Counted from the stretch's first letter, positions 38,882 to 48,343 are shown. The stretch: 64,000 nt of DNA from a bacterium (GCA_037200905.1 JBBCGN010000004.1:4038-68037), one strand, 5' to 3'. Notes: generated by a model from the letters alone, not told the origin. Numbers and translations are program-made.

Positions 38882-40637
38882 ATGAAAGAAGAAATACTGA
38901 AATTCTGGAAAGGGGATGCGGATGACAGCGAGGAGACGCTCAGGAAATATTCGCATGACGCGAGCATTTTCGACGTGCGGCCGAAGCTCGTACTTTTCCC
39001 GAAAGACGCTGACGATGTGAAGGCCTTGGTTAAATGGGTTTCTGAAAATTGCGCTAGGCAAGACCTAACGCAAAAATATGGAAAACTTTCCATCACCGCC
39101 CGCTGCGCCGGCACCGACATGTCCGGCGGCTCGATCAATGAGTCCATCATCTTAGATTTTTCCAAGTACATGAATCAGCTGGTGAAATTCGAGGGGGAGA
39201 ATATCACCGTCCAGCCGGGCATGTTCTACCGCGATTTCGAGAAGATCACTTTGGAGAGGAATCTGGTCCTGCCGTGCTATACGGCTTCGAAGAATATCAA
39301 TGCCATGGGCGGCATGTACGGGAATAATAGCGCCGGCGAGCGCACGCTGCGCTACGGCAAGACTGAGGACTATGTCATGGAAGCCAAAGTGGTCTTTGCC
39401 GACGGCAATCTCTATACCGTGAAGCCTTTGAACGAGAGCGAACTGCAGGCCAAGATTGCCCAGGGAGATTTCGAGGGAAACGCATACAAGAATATCTACG
39501 AGCTGATACAGAAGAACAAGGGAGATATCGACAAGGCCAAGCCGAACGTGCACAAGAATTCTGCCGGGTATTATATCTGGAACGTCCTTCATACGGACTC
39601 GGAAAATTCTTCCGGCTTAACCCTTCCCGGGAGTACCGGGCGGGACCCACACCAGTCAGAATTTTCCGAGTCCGTATTTCGATTTGAATAAATTGCTCGT
39701 CGGCTCGCAGGGCACGCTCGGCATCGCCACGGAGATCACCTTCCGCTTGGTCAAGCAGCCGGCATTCACAAAGCTCATGGTGGTGTTCCTGCGCGATCTT
39801 ACCATCCTGCCCGGGCTCGTGAACAAGATCTTGAAATACAATCCCCAGACGCTCGAATCCTACGACGACAAGACTTTTTTCCTCGTGCTCAAGTATATCG
39901 TCAGCTTCGCCAAGCTCCTCGGCATCAAGAATCTCTTCAAGCTGATATTCTCTTTCGGTCCGGAAACAGTCATGACGCTCAAGCACGGCTTTCCAAAAAT
40001 AATTCTGCTTGTTGAATTCACCGGCGATACAGAAGAAGAAGCGGAAAAAGGCGCCCGTGACGCCATGGAAGACTTGAAAGCCATCAAGAAGATCGGCGTG
40101 CATATGGCCAAGGACGATTTCGAGGCCACGAAGTATTGGACTATCCGCCGCGAGGCCTTCAATCTCATCCGCTACCACCTGAAGAAGATGAAGTCCGAGC
40201 CGTTCGTGGACGACGTCATCGTCCGCCCGGAGAAACTGCCCGAGTTCTATCCCGAGCTCTACAAGATCCTCAACGAATACGGCAAGGAGATGACTTTCGC
40301 CGTCGGCGGCCACTCTGGCGAGGGGAACATGCATATCTATACGCTGCTCTCGCCGGCGGACCCCGAGCTCGGGCATATCGTGGCGCATGTCTCCGAACAA
40401 GTATATGACCTCGTCATCCGCCTCGGCGGCTCGATCACCGCGGAGCACAACGACGGCATCATCCGCACGCCGTTCCTCGAGAAGATGTACGGGGAAAAGA
40501 TCACCGGCATGTTCGCGCAGGTCAAAAACATCTTCGATCCGAAAAATATCCTCAATCCCGGCAAAAAAGTGCCCGTCCCGGGCGGCATCGGCACTCGGGA
40601 ATACATCGCGACGCATATCACCAAGCCGGAAAAATAA
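38882..40637 (+). CDS. FAD-linked oxidase (PCMH-type FAD-binding domain plus C-terminal oxidase domain), interrupted by an 85-nt insertion
   Basis: FPKDADDVKALVKWV, RCAGTDMSGGSI, LLVGSQGTLGIATEITFRL, GGSITAEHNDG. In frame with fba upstream. The frame is restored by removing 39593-39677. Confidence 0.7.
39591..39677. mobile_element. MITE-like palindromic insertion inside the oxidase gene
   Basis: Perfect inverted termini ATACGGACTCGGAAAATTCT (39591-39610) and AGAATTTTCCGAGTCCGTAT (39658-39677), with an inner CCCGG/CCGGG hairpin. Deleting 85 nt gives NVLHFDLNKLLVGSQGTLG. Confidence 0.6.
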
Positions 40638-40670
40638 AAAACCGTCTCATGTCGAGACGGTTTGATTTTG
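40636..40670. terminator. Bidirectional terminator
   Basis: AAAAAA-CCGTCTC-atgtc-GAGACGG-TTT between convergent genes. Confidence 0.75.
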
Positions 40671-40684
40671 TTCGAAGAACGGTG

Positions 40685-42328
40685 TCATTTCGCATACGGC
40701 CTGCACACTTTGGATTTCGCGCTCCAGAAGCTCACTTTGAATTTCTGGATGATCTGCTCCTTCTTGGTCGGAGCAACAACAGCTTTCAGGTCTACTTTGT
40801 CAGGCATGTTGTGGATATTCATGTTTTCTTTCAACCATTCAGAATGTGTCAGTTTTTTCTTCTCGACTAGAACATCAGCAACCATGTCGCCATGTTGTCC
40901 TTGTAAGGCGGCTTTGCGTACTGGCATGTAGGATGCCAGCTTGTCTGCGCTCCAACTGACCGCGTCTATAAAAGCAGCAACTGGCTTGCGGAAACTTCTC
41001 CTGAACATGTACAAAAGGATGAGCACAATTGGTACGACGAGTATCATCCAAGTAGTTCTTGGCAATTCTACAGTTCGATACGATATCTCTGAAAAGAGGT
41101 TTCGTATCTCCTGAAATAATTTCCTCCACGGAGTCTGCACGATAGTGAAGTATGTCAGTACTATGCTGGAAAACACCATGATGTTTTTCCATGCAAATTT
41201 TACATGCAGCTCTTTCAATTTTTTAGCTCTGCTGCTTTTCAGGTGCGGCAGGGTGATTATCACAAAAACTAAATGAAATACTATCAGCGCAAATATCGAC
41301 AGCGTCGCGAACAGATTTAACACTGGAGTAAAAGAACTTTTTGCCGTTGCAAAAGTCACTTTCTCTATCGATATGATGTAATGCACCAAGCGATACCACA
41401 GGAATAACTGCAATGCTATTCCAGCCGGCGAGATAACCACATTCAGTACTTTGCTGCCGAATACAAACCTCTTGTACTTCTGCGCCCTGCCGAACCAGAA
41501 TGTTCCTGAACATACTTCTTTCCAGTTGCAGGTACAATGCTTGTAGTACAGGAATAAGAAATTCCAGTACAGCGCTTTCAGCTTTGTCAGGAAATACCGC
41601 GATGACTGCTGTCCTACCAGCGGACTGATAAAATACCATGCAGTCATGACAGCACCGAGTGGAACGCTTACAACGAACCGTACAAAGAATCCCAAGAACC
41701 AGGCGATGGGCTGAATAGTCAGCGCTAATATCGCACGCTTGCGAAAATCGCATTGGTCGACGGGATCGGTCAGGAACCATCTATTTACCCAGCCATACCA
41801 TTTTCTTTTCAGGCCGGAAGTCGGACGTATTGCAAAGAAATGTTCCGGTATTTCTACTAGTGCTTCGCAATAGCCGACCTGATCAGAATTGTACCCGACT
41901 TCGATGTATGAAAAATCGATATCTTTTTCATACGTGCTGCGCAAACTGGTCTTCTGCAAGACTGCTTTCTTTGTGTCATTATCCATTCTTGAAAACAAGA
42001 TGAATATGAGGTTGTGCTTGCCGGGTCTGTTGAACTGGATGAAATCAATCTTGTTTAACTCATAGATTTTTCTTTCGCCGGTGTTTTCCGCCAAATCAAC
42101 TTTTCTGTGCAGAGCGATATCTGTTTCCAAGTCAGGGTTTACAGACAGGTTTTTGTACATGCTATGCGAGATATCAATCACCAGCACGTGAGTCGGTTTG
42201 CGGTCGGCTGTGTAGTCATCCATGCCGATAGTAAAGGGGATAGTGGCATCATTGAGCTCCTGTGAGCCGCCATTCAGGACAACCTTCACCGAAGATTGTT
42301 CATTGAGAAGTTTCTGGAATTCGATCAT
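40685..42328 (-). CDS. Polytopic membrane protein with soluble N- and C-terminal domains (about 547 aa), unassigned
   Basis: Track ORF runs to 42427, but its first 33 codons cover a terminator and a TTGACA-17-TATTAT promoter, so start MIEFQKLL (42328) is used. At least 8 TM helices. Lower GC. Confidence 0.5.
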   Translation of the reverse strand: MIEFQKLLNEQSSVKVVLNGGSQELNDATIPFTIGMDDYTADRKPTHVLVIDISHSMYKNLSVNPDLETDIALHRKVDLAENTGERKIYELNKIDFIQFNRPGKHNLIFILFSRMDNDTKKAVLQKTSLRSTYEKDIDFSYIEVGYNSDQVGYCEALVEIPEHFFAIRPTSGLKRKWYGWVNRWFLTDPVDQCDFRKRAILALTIQPIAWFLGFFVRFVVSVPLGAVMTAWYFISPLVGQQSSRYFLTKLKALYWNFLFLYYKHCTCNWKEVCSGTFWFGRAQKYKRFVFGSKVLNVVISPAGIALQLFLWYRLVHYIISIEKVTFATAKSSFTPVLNLFATLSIFALIVFHLVFVIITLPHLKSSRAKKLKELHVKFAWKNIMVFSSIVLTYFTIVQTPWRKLFQEIRNLFSEISYRTVELPRTTWMILVVPIVLILLYMFRRSFRKPVAAFIDAVSWSADKLASYMPVRKAALQGQHGDMVADVLVEKKKLTHSEWLKENMNIHNMPDKVDLKAVVAPTKKEQIIQKFKVSFWSAKSKVCRPYAK

Positions 42329-42417
42329 ATGTTTCAGTTTTAAGTTTACAAAATACGATATATCGCTTGCATAATAAAACTTTATGCGCGATATGTCAAT
42401 ATGTACGTCGGTCAAAT

Positions 42418-42446
42418 AAAAAAGCATCGGACGTTTGGTCCGATGC
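42418..42446 (-). terminator. Rho-independent terminator of the 42458-42991 gene
   Basis: GCATCGGAC-caaac-GTCCGATGC then TTTTTT (minus-strand sense). Confidence 0.7.
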
Positions 42447-42457
42447 CTTGATGCGCA

Positions 42458-42991
42458 TCAGTGATTCGCTAATTTCGTGAAGAGATACCAGATGGCGAAT
42501 GCCGCGACGAGGAAGCCCAGAGCGATGAGCCAGCTGCGGCCGTTCCGTGCCGGTTTCGCCTCGGGAAACGGATTGCTTTTCTTGGAAAAGGTGCCGTCGC
42601 CCTTCTTGAGAACAGCATCGTTCGCATAGTTGAAGCAGTTGACCAGGGTATGGTCGTTGAAGGATTCTTCGCCTCGCAGGAACTGGGCCGCCTTCAGGAA
42701 CATGGGATAATACTCAGATCGTTCTCCGAGGTCCTGGTCGTCCAGGGACCAGATGGTTATAACTCCGCTCTCCGGGTTCTTGAAGGCTATGCCCAGGCCG
42801 ATCTCCGTCAATTTCCTTTCAGAGACCGAATTGTGGAATTCCCGCCGGGCGATGAAGGGCTTCACTTCTTCTGCTGCGCCGCTTATCCAGAGCTTCAGCG
42901 GCTTGAACCAGTTATGAACTTCATAGGTTTCATTATCGAGGACAAATTCTCCCGGCTCCTCGTCGAAAAGGTTAATGGTTTCGGCTTCCAT
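42458..42991 (-). CDS. C-terminally anchored protein (about 177 aa), unassigned
   Basis: Track start 43129 would overlap the rplY ATG and its promoter, so MEAETINLFDEE (42991) is used. Single C-terminal TM WLIALGFLVAAFAIWYLF. Confidence 0.45.
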   Translation of the reverse strand: MEAETINLFDEEPGEFVLDNETYEVHNWFKPLKLWISGAAEEVKPFIARREFHNSVSERKLTEIGLGIAFKNPESGVITIWSLDDQDLGERSEYYPMFLKAAQFLRGEESFNDHTLVNCFNYANDAVLKKGDGTFSKKSNPFPEAKPARNGRSWLIALGFLVAAFAIWYLFTKLANH

Positions 42992-43092
42992 ATGCTTTGA
43001 TTTTATATTGTGAAAACAACTGTTATCGGGGTAAATGATACTACTAAAATCAAATTTGTCAATATCCTGTACGGATCCGCGCGATCGGGGAT

Positions 43093-43120
43093 TTGCATTT
43101 TCTAGATTTTCATATATACT
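43093..43120 (+). promoter_or_regulatory. rplY promoter placing +1 at the ATG
   Basis: TTGCAT (43093-43098), 16 nt, TATACT (43115-43120). ATG at 43128. Confidence 0.55.
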
Positions 43121-43127
43121 GTGAGCC

Positions 43128-43769
43128 ATGTTGTCTTTGCAGGCAGAAAAACGGAATAGCGACGGAGCGACAAAGGCGGGAACTATCCCGGCCGTTTTTT
43201 ACGGCGCAGGCAAGCCCACCACTTCTATCTCGATCCCTCTCGTCGAGTTCAAGAAGATCTGGCACCAAGCCGGAGAATCTTCTACGGTGAAGATCACCAT
43301 GGCTGACGGCGCGGTGGATACTCTCATACACGAAGTACAGACCCATCCTGTCACCGATGAGCCGATACACGTAGACTTTCTCGCAGTCGACATGAACAAG
43401 ACCATCAAGGTCGGCGTGGCAGTCGAGTTCGAAGGCGTTTCCGAAGCGGTCAAAGGCGGTCTCGGAACCCTTGTCAAGGTCCTCCACGAAGTGGAAGTCG
43501 AAGCATTGCCGAAAGACCTGCCTCATAACCTCGTCGTGGATATTTCCAAGCTCGCAACTATCGACAGCCAGATCCTCGTTTCCGACATCAAGATCCCGGC
43601 CGGCGTTACCATGATTACCGGCCCCGAAGAAGTGGTCGCCTCCATCGCCGTCCAGAAAGAAGAAGTCGAGGAAGCCGCTCCTGTCGACCTCTCCGCTATC
43701 GAAGTCGAGAAGAAAGGCAAGAAAGAGGAAGAGGGTGCCGGCGAAGCCGCTCCTGAAGCCAAAGAATAG
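43128..43769 (+). CDS. rplY: Ribosomal protein L25/Ctc (213 aa)
   Basis: RNSDGATKAGTIPAVFYGAG...HEVQTHPVTDEPIHVDF, with an acidic C-terminal extension. Confidence 0.8.
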   Translation: MLSLQAEKRNSDGATKAGTIPAVFYGAGKPTTSISIPLVEFKKIWHQAGESSTVKITMADGAVDTLIHEVQTHPVTDEPIHVDFLAVDMNKTIKVGVAVEFEGVSEAVKGGLGTLVKVLHEVEVEALPKDLPHNLVVDISKLATIDSQILVSDIKIPAGVTMITGPEEVVASIAVQKEEVEEAAPVDLSAIEVEKKGKKEEEGAGEAAPEAKE

Positions 43770-43803
43770 CCTCGACATTAAAAAAGTATGTTACAATAAA
43801 ACT

Positions 43804-45161
43804 ATGACGAGAAAATCGGTCATAGTTTTTGTTTTGTTAGCCCTCATATGGCTTTTTCCCGCATCAAAGATAGATGCGGCTGTTGACTGTCTCACCATCA
43901 CTCCGGGTTCGTCAGAGGCTGACAAGAATTATTGCAAGAAAGAGCTCGCCAACATCGAGGCTCAGCTTGCGGAGCTCCTGGAACAGCAGAAAGCCCAGCA
44001 GAAGAACACCGGCACTCTCACCGGCGACGTGAACTATCTCACAGCCAGATCAACGCCCTGAAGGCCAAGATCAAGGCTCGCTCGCTCGCCATCGCCCAGC
44101 TCAAGGTTTCCATCAACGAGAAGAGCAACAAGATCACCAGCCTCCTGCAGGACATCGATGCCCAGCACCAGTCTCTGGCGCAGCTCCTGCGCAATGCCAA
44201 TGACTTCGACAATCAGAATTTCGTGCATCTGGTCCTCGCCGACGAGGATGTTTCTGATTTCTACAGCGACGTAGAATCTTACGCTTCCATCAAGAAAGCC
44301 GTGCAGGTATCGGTGGACAACATCCGCGGCATCAAGAGCCAGACGGAGGAAGAAAAGACCAATCTCCAGAAGCAGCAGAACGCCGAGACTGACGCGAAAT
44401 CCGAGCTCGAAGGGGCCCAGCAGAAAGTAGCCCAGAGCGAGGCGGAAAAGAAACAATTGCTCGCTATCAGCAAGCAGAAAGAATCGGAATATCAGAAGCT
44501 CGCCGCCCAAAAGAAGGCCCAGGCGGACAAGATCCGTGCAGCCCTCTTCTCGCTCGCCGGCACCCCGCAGAAGATCGATTTCGGCACGGCGCTCAACTAC
44601 GCCAACGAGGCGAAGAGCAAGACCGGCATCGACCCGGCCTTCCTGCTCGCCATATTGACGCAGGAATCGAATTTGGGCGCGAACGTCGGCCAGTGCTACC
44701 TGACTGATGTCACCACCGGCGCGGGCAAAGGCAAGAATACCGGTACGCCATTTGTCAATGTCATGAAGCCGACCCGCGACGTGCAGCCGTTCCTCGACAT
44801 CACCAAAGCCCTCGGCTACAACGCCTTCGCCACCGCCGTGTCGTGCCCGATCGCCGGCGTAGCGGGCTACGGCGGGGCCATGGGTCCGGCGCAGTTCATC
44901 CCTTCTACCTGGCAGCTCTTCGCGGGCAGGCTGCAGGCCGCCCTCGGCCATTTTGCGAACCCGTGGTCTGCCGAAGACGCCTTCATGGCTTCGAGCATGT
45001 ACCTGACCGACCTCGGGGCCATCGGCACGAGCGCCAGCGCCCAGAATATCGCCGCCTGCAAGTATTACGGCTCGGGCGGGGGAACCTGCTATTACGGCTC
45101 AAGCGTGCAGAAACTGCGCGCGACCATACAGGCCAACATCGATTTGCTTAATAATCAGTAA
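43804..45161 (+). CDS. Secreted coiled-coil protein with C-terminal lytic-transglycosylase-like domain, one frameshift
   Basis: Signal peptide and long coiled coil. Slip near 44043. Then AFLLAILTQESNLG and GAMGPAQFIPSTW. Confidence 0.65.
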
Positions 45162-45181
45162 TGTGTTAATATCTGCCCTAT

Positions 45182-45399
45182 ATGAAGAAAGACATACATC
45201 CCAAATATGATTTGAAAACGAAAGCTACGTGCGCCTGCGGAGCCGTCTATGAAGTCGGTTCTACTTTGGCCGAAATACACGTAGAAATCTGCTCGAACTG
45301 CCATCCATTCTATACCGGTAACGAAAAGATCATGGACACTGCCGCCGCGTCGAGCGCTTCAAACAAGCGCCGCGCCATGGTGGCCAAGGCAAGAAGTAG
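45182..45399 (+). CDS. rpmE: Ribosomal protein L31, one frameshift near the 3' end
   Basis: MKKDIHPKY...[24 protein letters not shown] is restored by adding one base near 45345. Stop at 45397-45399. Confidence 0.8.
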
Positions 45400-45494
45400 A
45401 GAGCTCAGCTCCCTGTGATTTTCTGTTCCTGCGCCCTTCCTGGAGTACCAGTTGGGACCCTCGGAATCAAAAAATACAGGGAGCTTTAAGCTAT

Positions 45495-46463
45495 ATGCTA
45501 GACCCAGAAGAACTCAAGAAGAACCACCAGACGAGCTATCTCGGCGATATGCTTGCGACTCTGTTGCGCGAGGAAGCCGAAGTGCGCGAGATGCTCTCGG
45601 GCGACGACCAGCTCGTGGAGATGGCGAACAAGGAATTGGCATCCATCGAAGAGCGCAAGAAAGATATCGAGAAGCAGGTTCAGGATATTCTCGACAAAGA
45701 CGTAGAGGAAGAAGAGATGGCCAATGAAGTGGTGCTCGAAGTGCGGGCCGGAGCCGGCGGAGACGAGGCTTCGCTTTTCGCCTGGGAACTCGCGCACATG
45801 TATGAAAGATATTGCGAAATGCAGAAATGGCAGTGGTTCGTGAATTACGAGTCAAAAAGCTCGGCAGACGGCTACAAGGAAGCGAGCTTCGAGATCAAGG
45901 GCAAAGATGTCTACTCGAAACTGCGCTATGAGACCGGCGTGCACCGCGTGCAGCGCATCCCGGCTACGGAAAAGAACGGCCGCGTGCATACTTCGACCGC
46001 TTCGGTAGCCGTGCTGCCTATCAAGAAAAAAGTAAACTTTGTCGTAAACCCTGCTGAATTTGATATGGAATACTCCCGCTCCGGCGGCAAGGGCGGCCAG
46101 AACGTCAACAAGGTTGAGACTGCGGTGCGCATCATCCACAAGCCCACCGGCCTCGACGTGCGCTCGACCAACGAGCGCAGCCAGCTCGCCAACCGCGAGA
46201 AGGCCATGAGCATCCTGGTGGCAAAGCTCGCCCAGCTCAAAGAAGAAGAAGAAGCCAAGAAATACGCCGGCGAGCGCAAGAACCAGATCGGCACCGGGGA
46301 CAGGAGCGAAAAAATTCGTACCTATAACTTTCCCCAAGACCGCCTCACAGATCACCGCATCAAGAAATCTTGGCACAACCTTCCGAAGATAATGGAAGGC
46401 GATATCGAGCCTATCATCTCCGCACTCCAATCCGGCGAGACAGGAGACGACGAGGAGGAATAA
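45495..46463 (+). CDS. prfA: Peptide chain release factor 1 (322 aa)
   Basis: PAT tripeptide (QRIPATE) and GGQ motif SGGKGGQNVNKVETAVRI. Confidence 0.85.
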   Translation: MLDPEELKKNHQTSYLGDMLATLLREEAEVREMLSGDDQLVEMANKELASIEERKKDIEKQVQDILDKDVEEEEMANEVVLEVRAGAGGDEASLFAWELAHMYERYCEMQKWQWFVNYESKSSADGYKEASFEIKGKDVYSKLRYETGVHRVQRIPATEKNGRVHTSTASVAVLPIKKKVNFVVNPAEFDMEYSRSGGKGGQNVNKVETAVRIIHKPTGLDVRSTNERSQLANREKAMSILVAKLAQLKEEEEAKKYAGERKNQIGTGDRSEKIRTYNFPQDRLTDHRIKKSWHNLPKIMEGDIEPIISALQSGETGDDEEE

Positions 46464-46475
46464 AAAAGCTGATGA

Positions 46476-47207
46476 TCATGCGATCATCAGCTTTTTGGCT
46501 CTTTTCTTCTTCCGTACGAATTTCCAAGCCTCTACCCCTCCTTTCTCCTTGAGCATTTCCGTCAGGATCATCACCTCGCCCCGATACTGCTCATCGGTAT
46601 CCATGAGGTCGAGGACATTCTGGCACGCATAGATCGCGGTCGTGTGATCCCGTCCCGAATACTCCCTGGCGATGCACTCGAACGAATCGTTGGTGAACAA
46701 TTTTGTCAGATACATGATGATATGCCTCACTTTCGCGTGGCCGCGCTCTCTGCTCCTGGCGATGATATCCTCTTTGGAAACCATGAAGTAATCGCAGGCG
46801 ATCCTTTGGATTTCGGGCTTTTCGAGGCGCTTCATGGCCTTGGCTCCGTAATCGAATGTCGTGAGGCTGGCGTATTCCTTGTGCGTCACATTCACGCCGA
46901 GCCGCCCCAGCAATGCATGCTGGTTCCTGTGTCCGGTCACGCCGATGAAGATCATATGCCATTCCTGGGAGTCCTTGATTTCTCTCGCGAAGGTTTCCAG
47001 TTCGTGGTCGGGCATGTCCCAGAAATAGAACATCTGGAAATTGACCACGATCATGTTCCAGGCGCTTTCGGCAATCTTGCCTCGGAACGATTCGATCTCC
47101 GTGGCGACGGCTATCTCGGCCAAAGGATCCTTGAAGAGGTACTTTACTTTTTGCAGGAGGCTTTCTGCGCTGAATTTCTCGTTATCGAAGATCAATGCTT
47201 TTTTCAT
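46476..47207 (-). CDS. Receiver-like N-terminal domain fused to a DnaA domain IV HTH (about 243 aa)
   Basis: C-terminus VRHIIMYLTKLFTNDSFECIAREYSGRDHTTAIYACQNV matches the DnaA C-terminal DNA-binding domain. N-terminus has a CheY-like strand pattern (KKALIFDNE, NMIVVNFQMF). No AAA+ motifs. Confidence 0.55.
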   Translation of the reverse strand: MKKALIFDNEKFSAESLLQKVKYLFKDPLAEIAVATEIESFRGKIAESAWNMIVVNFQMFYFWDMPDHELETFAREIKDSQEWHMIFIGVTGHRNQHALLGRLGVNVTHKEYASLTTFDYGAKAMKRLEKPEIQRIACDYFMVSKEDIIARSRERGHAKVRHIIMYLTKLFTNDSFECIAREYSGRDHTTAIYACQNVLDLMDTDEQYRGEVMILTEMLKEKGGVEAWKFVRKKKRAKKLMIA

Positions 47208-47323
47208 ACGTAACTGTTTTTCAGATAGTAACATTTTAAGTTAAATGTCAAATATACATAGCGGGGATGTGGTTGTAAAAAAGTGCTATAATAATAAGAT
47301 TATTATTCACAATTATATTTTGT

Positions 47324-47695
47324 ATGGAATACTATAAAATGTTTTGGCAGAAGTATTCAGATTTCCGCAGCCGGTCCACTCGCACGGAATACTGGATGTT
47401 TATTCTCTGCAACTTCATCGTCGGGATTGCAATAGGCATTATTGAAGGAATGCTGCGGTTAAAAGGCCCATATGGCATTGGTATTATCACCATACTGTAT
47501 ACGATTGCGTCTATTGTGCCATCTATCGCACTCACGGTACGCCGTTTGCACGACACGAGTCACAGCGGATGGTGGGCATTGATCTGTTTGGTGCCGATCG
47601 TAGGCTGGCTCGTGTTGCTCGTCTTTGCGCTTACAGACTCTACTCCAGGAGACAATATGTACGGTCCTAATCCGAAGGGGCCACTGTCGTCGTAA
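47324..47695 (+). CDS. DUF805-family membrane protein (123 aa)
   Basis: YSDFRSRSTRTEYWMF...RRLHDTSHSGWWALI. Confidence 0.75.
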   Translation: MEYYKMFWQKYSDFRSRSTRTEYWMFILCNFIVGIAIGIIEGMLRLKGPYGIGIITILYTIASIVPSIALTVRRLHDTSHSGWWALICLVPIVGWLVLLVFALTDSTPGDNMYGPNPKGPLSS

Positions 47696-47767
47696 CAACG
47701 AGTCCGGCTGCGCCCGTGGCGGAAATTCCCGAGAAGCCGGCCGAGTAGCTTGTGCACAGCTCGTCCA

Positions 47768-47796
47768 TTGCTTTTTCAGCTCGACTGTGCTATAGT
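47768..47796 (+). promoter_or_regulatory. Promoter of the RRM protein gene (long leader)
   Basis: TTGCTT (47768-47773), 17 nt, TGcTATAGT (-10 at 47791-47796). Predicted leader is about 150 nt. Confidence 0.55.
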
Positions 47797-47953
47797 GAGC
47801 ATCGTAGTTTCTCGACGAGCCATTGTTTTGAAAGACCATTGAGCGATCAGAGCACCTACGCTTCGGCGCGACCTGCCTGCGATAGGCAGGAGTCCGGAGC
47901 ATTATAATTAGTTTTTGCCCGAGTTTTTCTAAAAACGGGAGAAGTAAAGCAGT

Positions 47954-48295
47954 ATGGCTACAAAGCTATATGTAGGGGGACTCCCTTACGCAACTCAAGA
48001 GGACGCGCTTCGCGATCTCTTCGCACAGGCTGGAAGCGTCGCTTCCGCTGTGATTATCATGGACAAGATGTCCGGTCGCTCAAAAGGTTTCGGCTTCGTA
48101 GAGATGTCGAGCGAAGAGGATGCCCAGAAGGCAATCTCTATGTTCAACGATCAGGAATTCGAAGGCCGCAAGCTCACGGTCAATGAGGCTCGCCCTATGG
48201 AAGCCCGACCTCCGCGAACCGGTGGTTCAGGCGGATACGGCGGCGGAAATGGCGGTTATGGTGGCGGTTCACGAGGTGGACGCCGAGAATACTAA
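47954..48295 (+). CDS. RRM-type RNA-binding protein with glycine-rich tail (113 aa)
   Basis: RNP2 KLYVGGL, RNP1 KGFGFVEM, C-terminal GGSGGYGGGNGGYGGGSRGG. Confidence 0.85.
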   Translation: MATKLYVGGLPYATQEDALRDLFAQAGSVASAVIIMDKMSGRSKGFGFVEMSSEEDAQKAISMFNDQEFEGRKLTVNEARPMEARPPRTGGSGGYGGGNGGYGGGSRGGRREY

Positions 48296-48343
48296 CTCGT
48301 CCCGCCCAGGCGGTGATTCAAATTAAATTCTCAAAAACAGAAG

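Noticed and set aside
43127-43130. Divergent genes with overlapping start codons (CATG) at 43127-43130
   Set aside because: The rplY promoter (43093-43120) lies inside the first 46 codons of the minus-strand ORF. The minus-strand gene was therefore re-started at ATG 42991.
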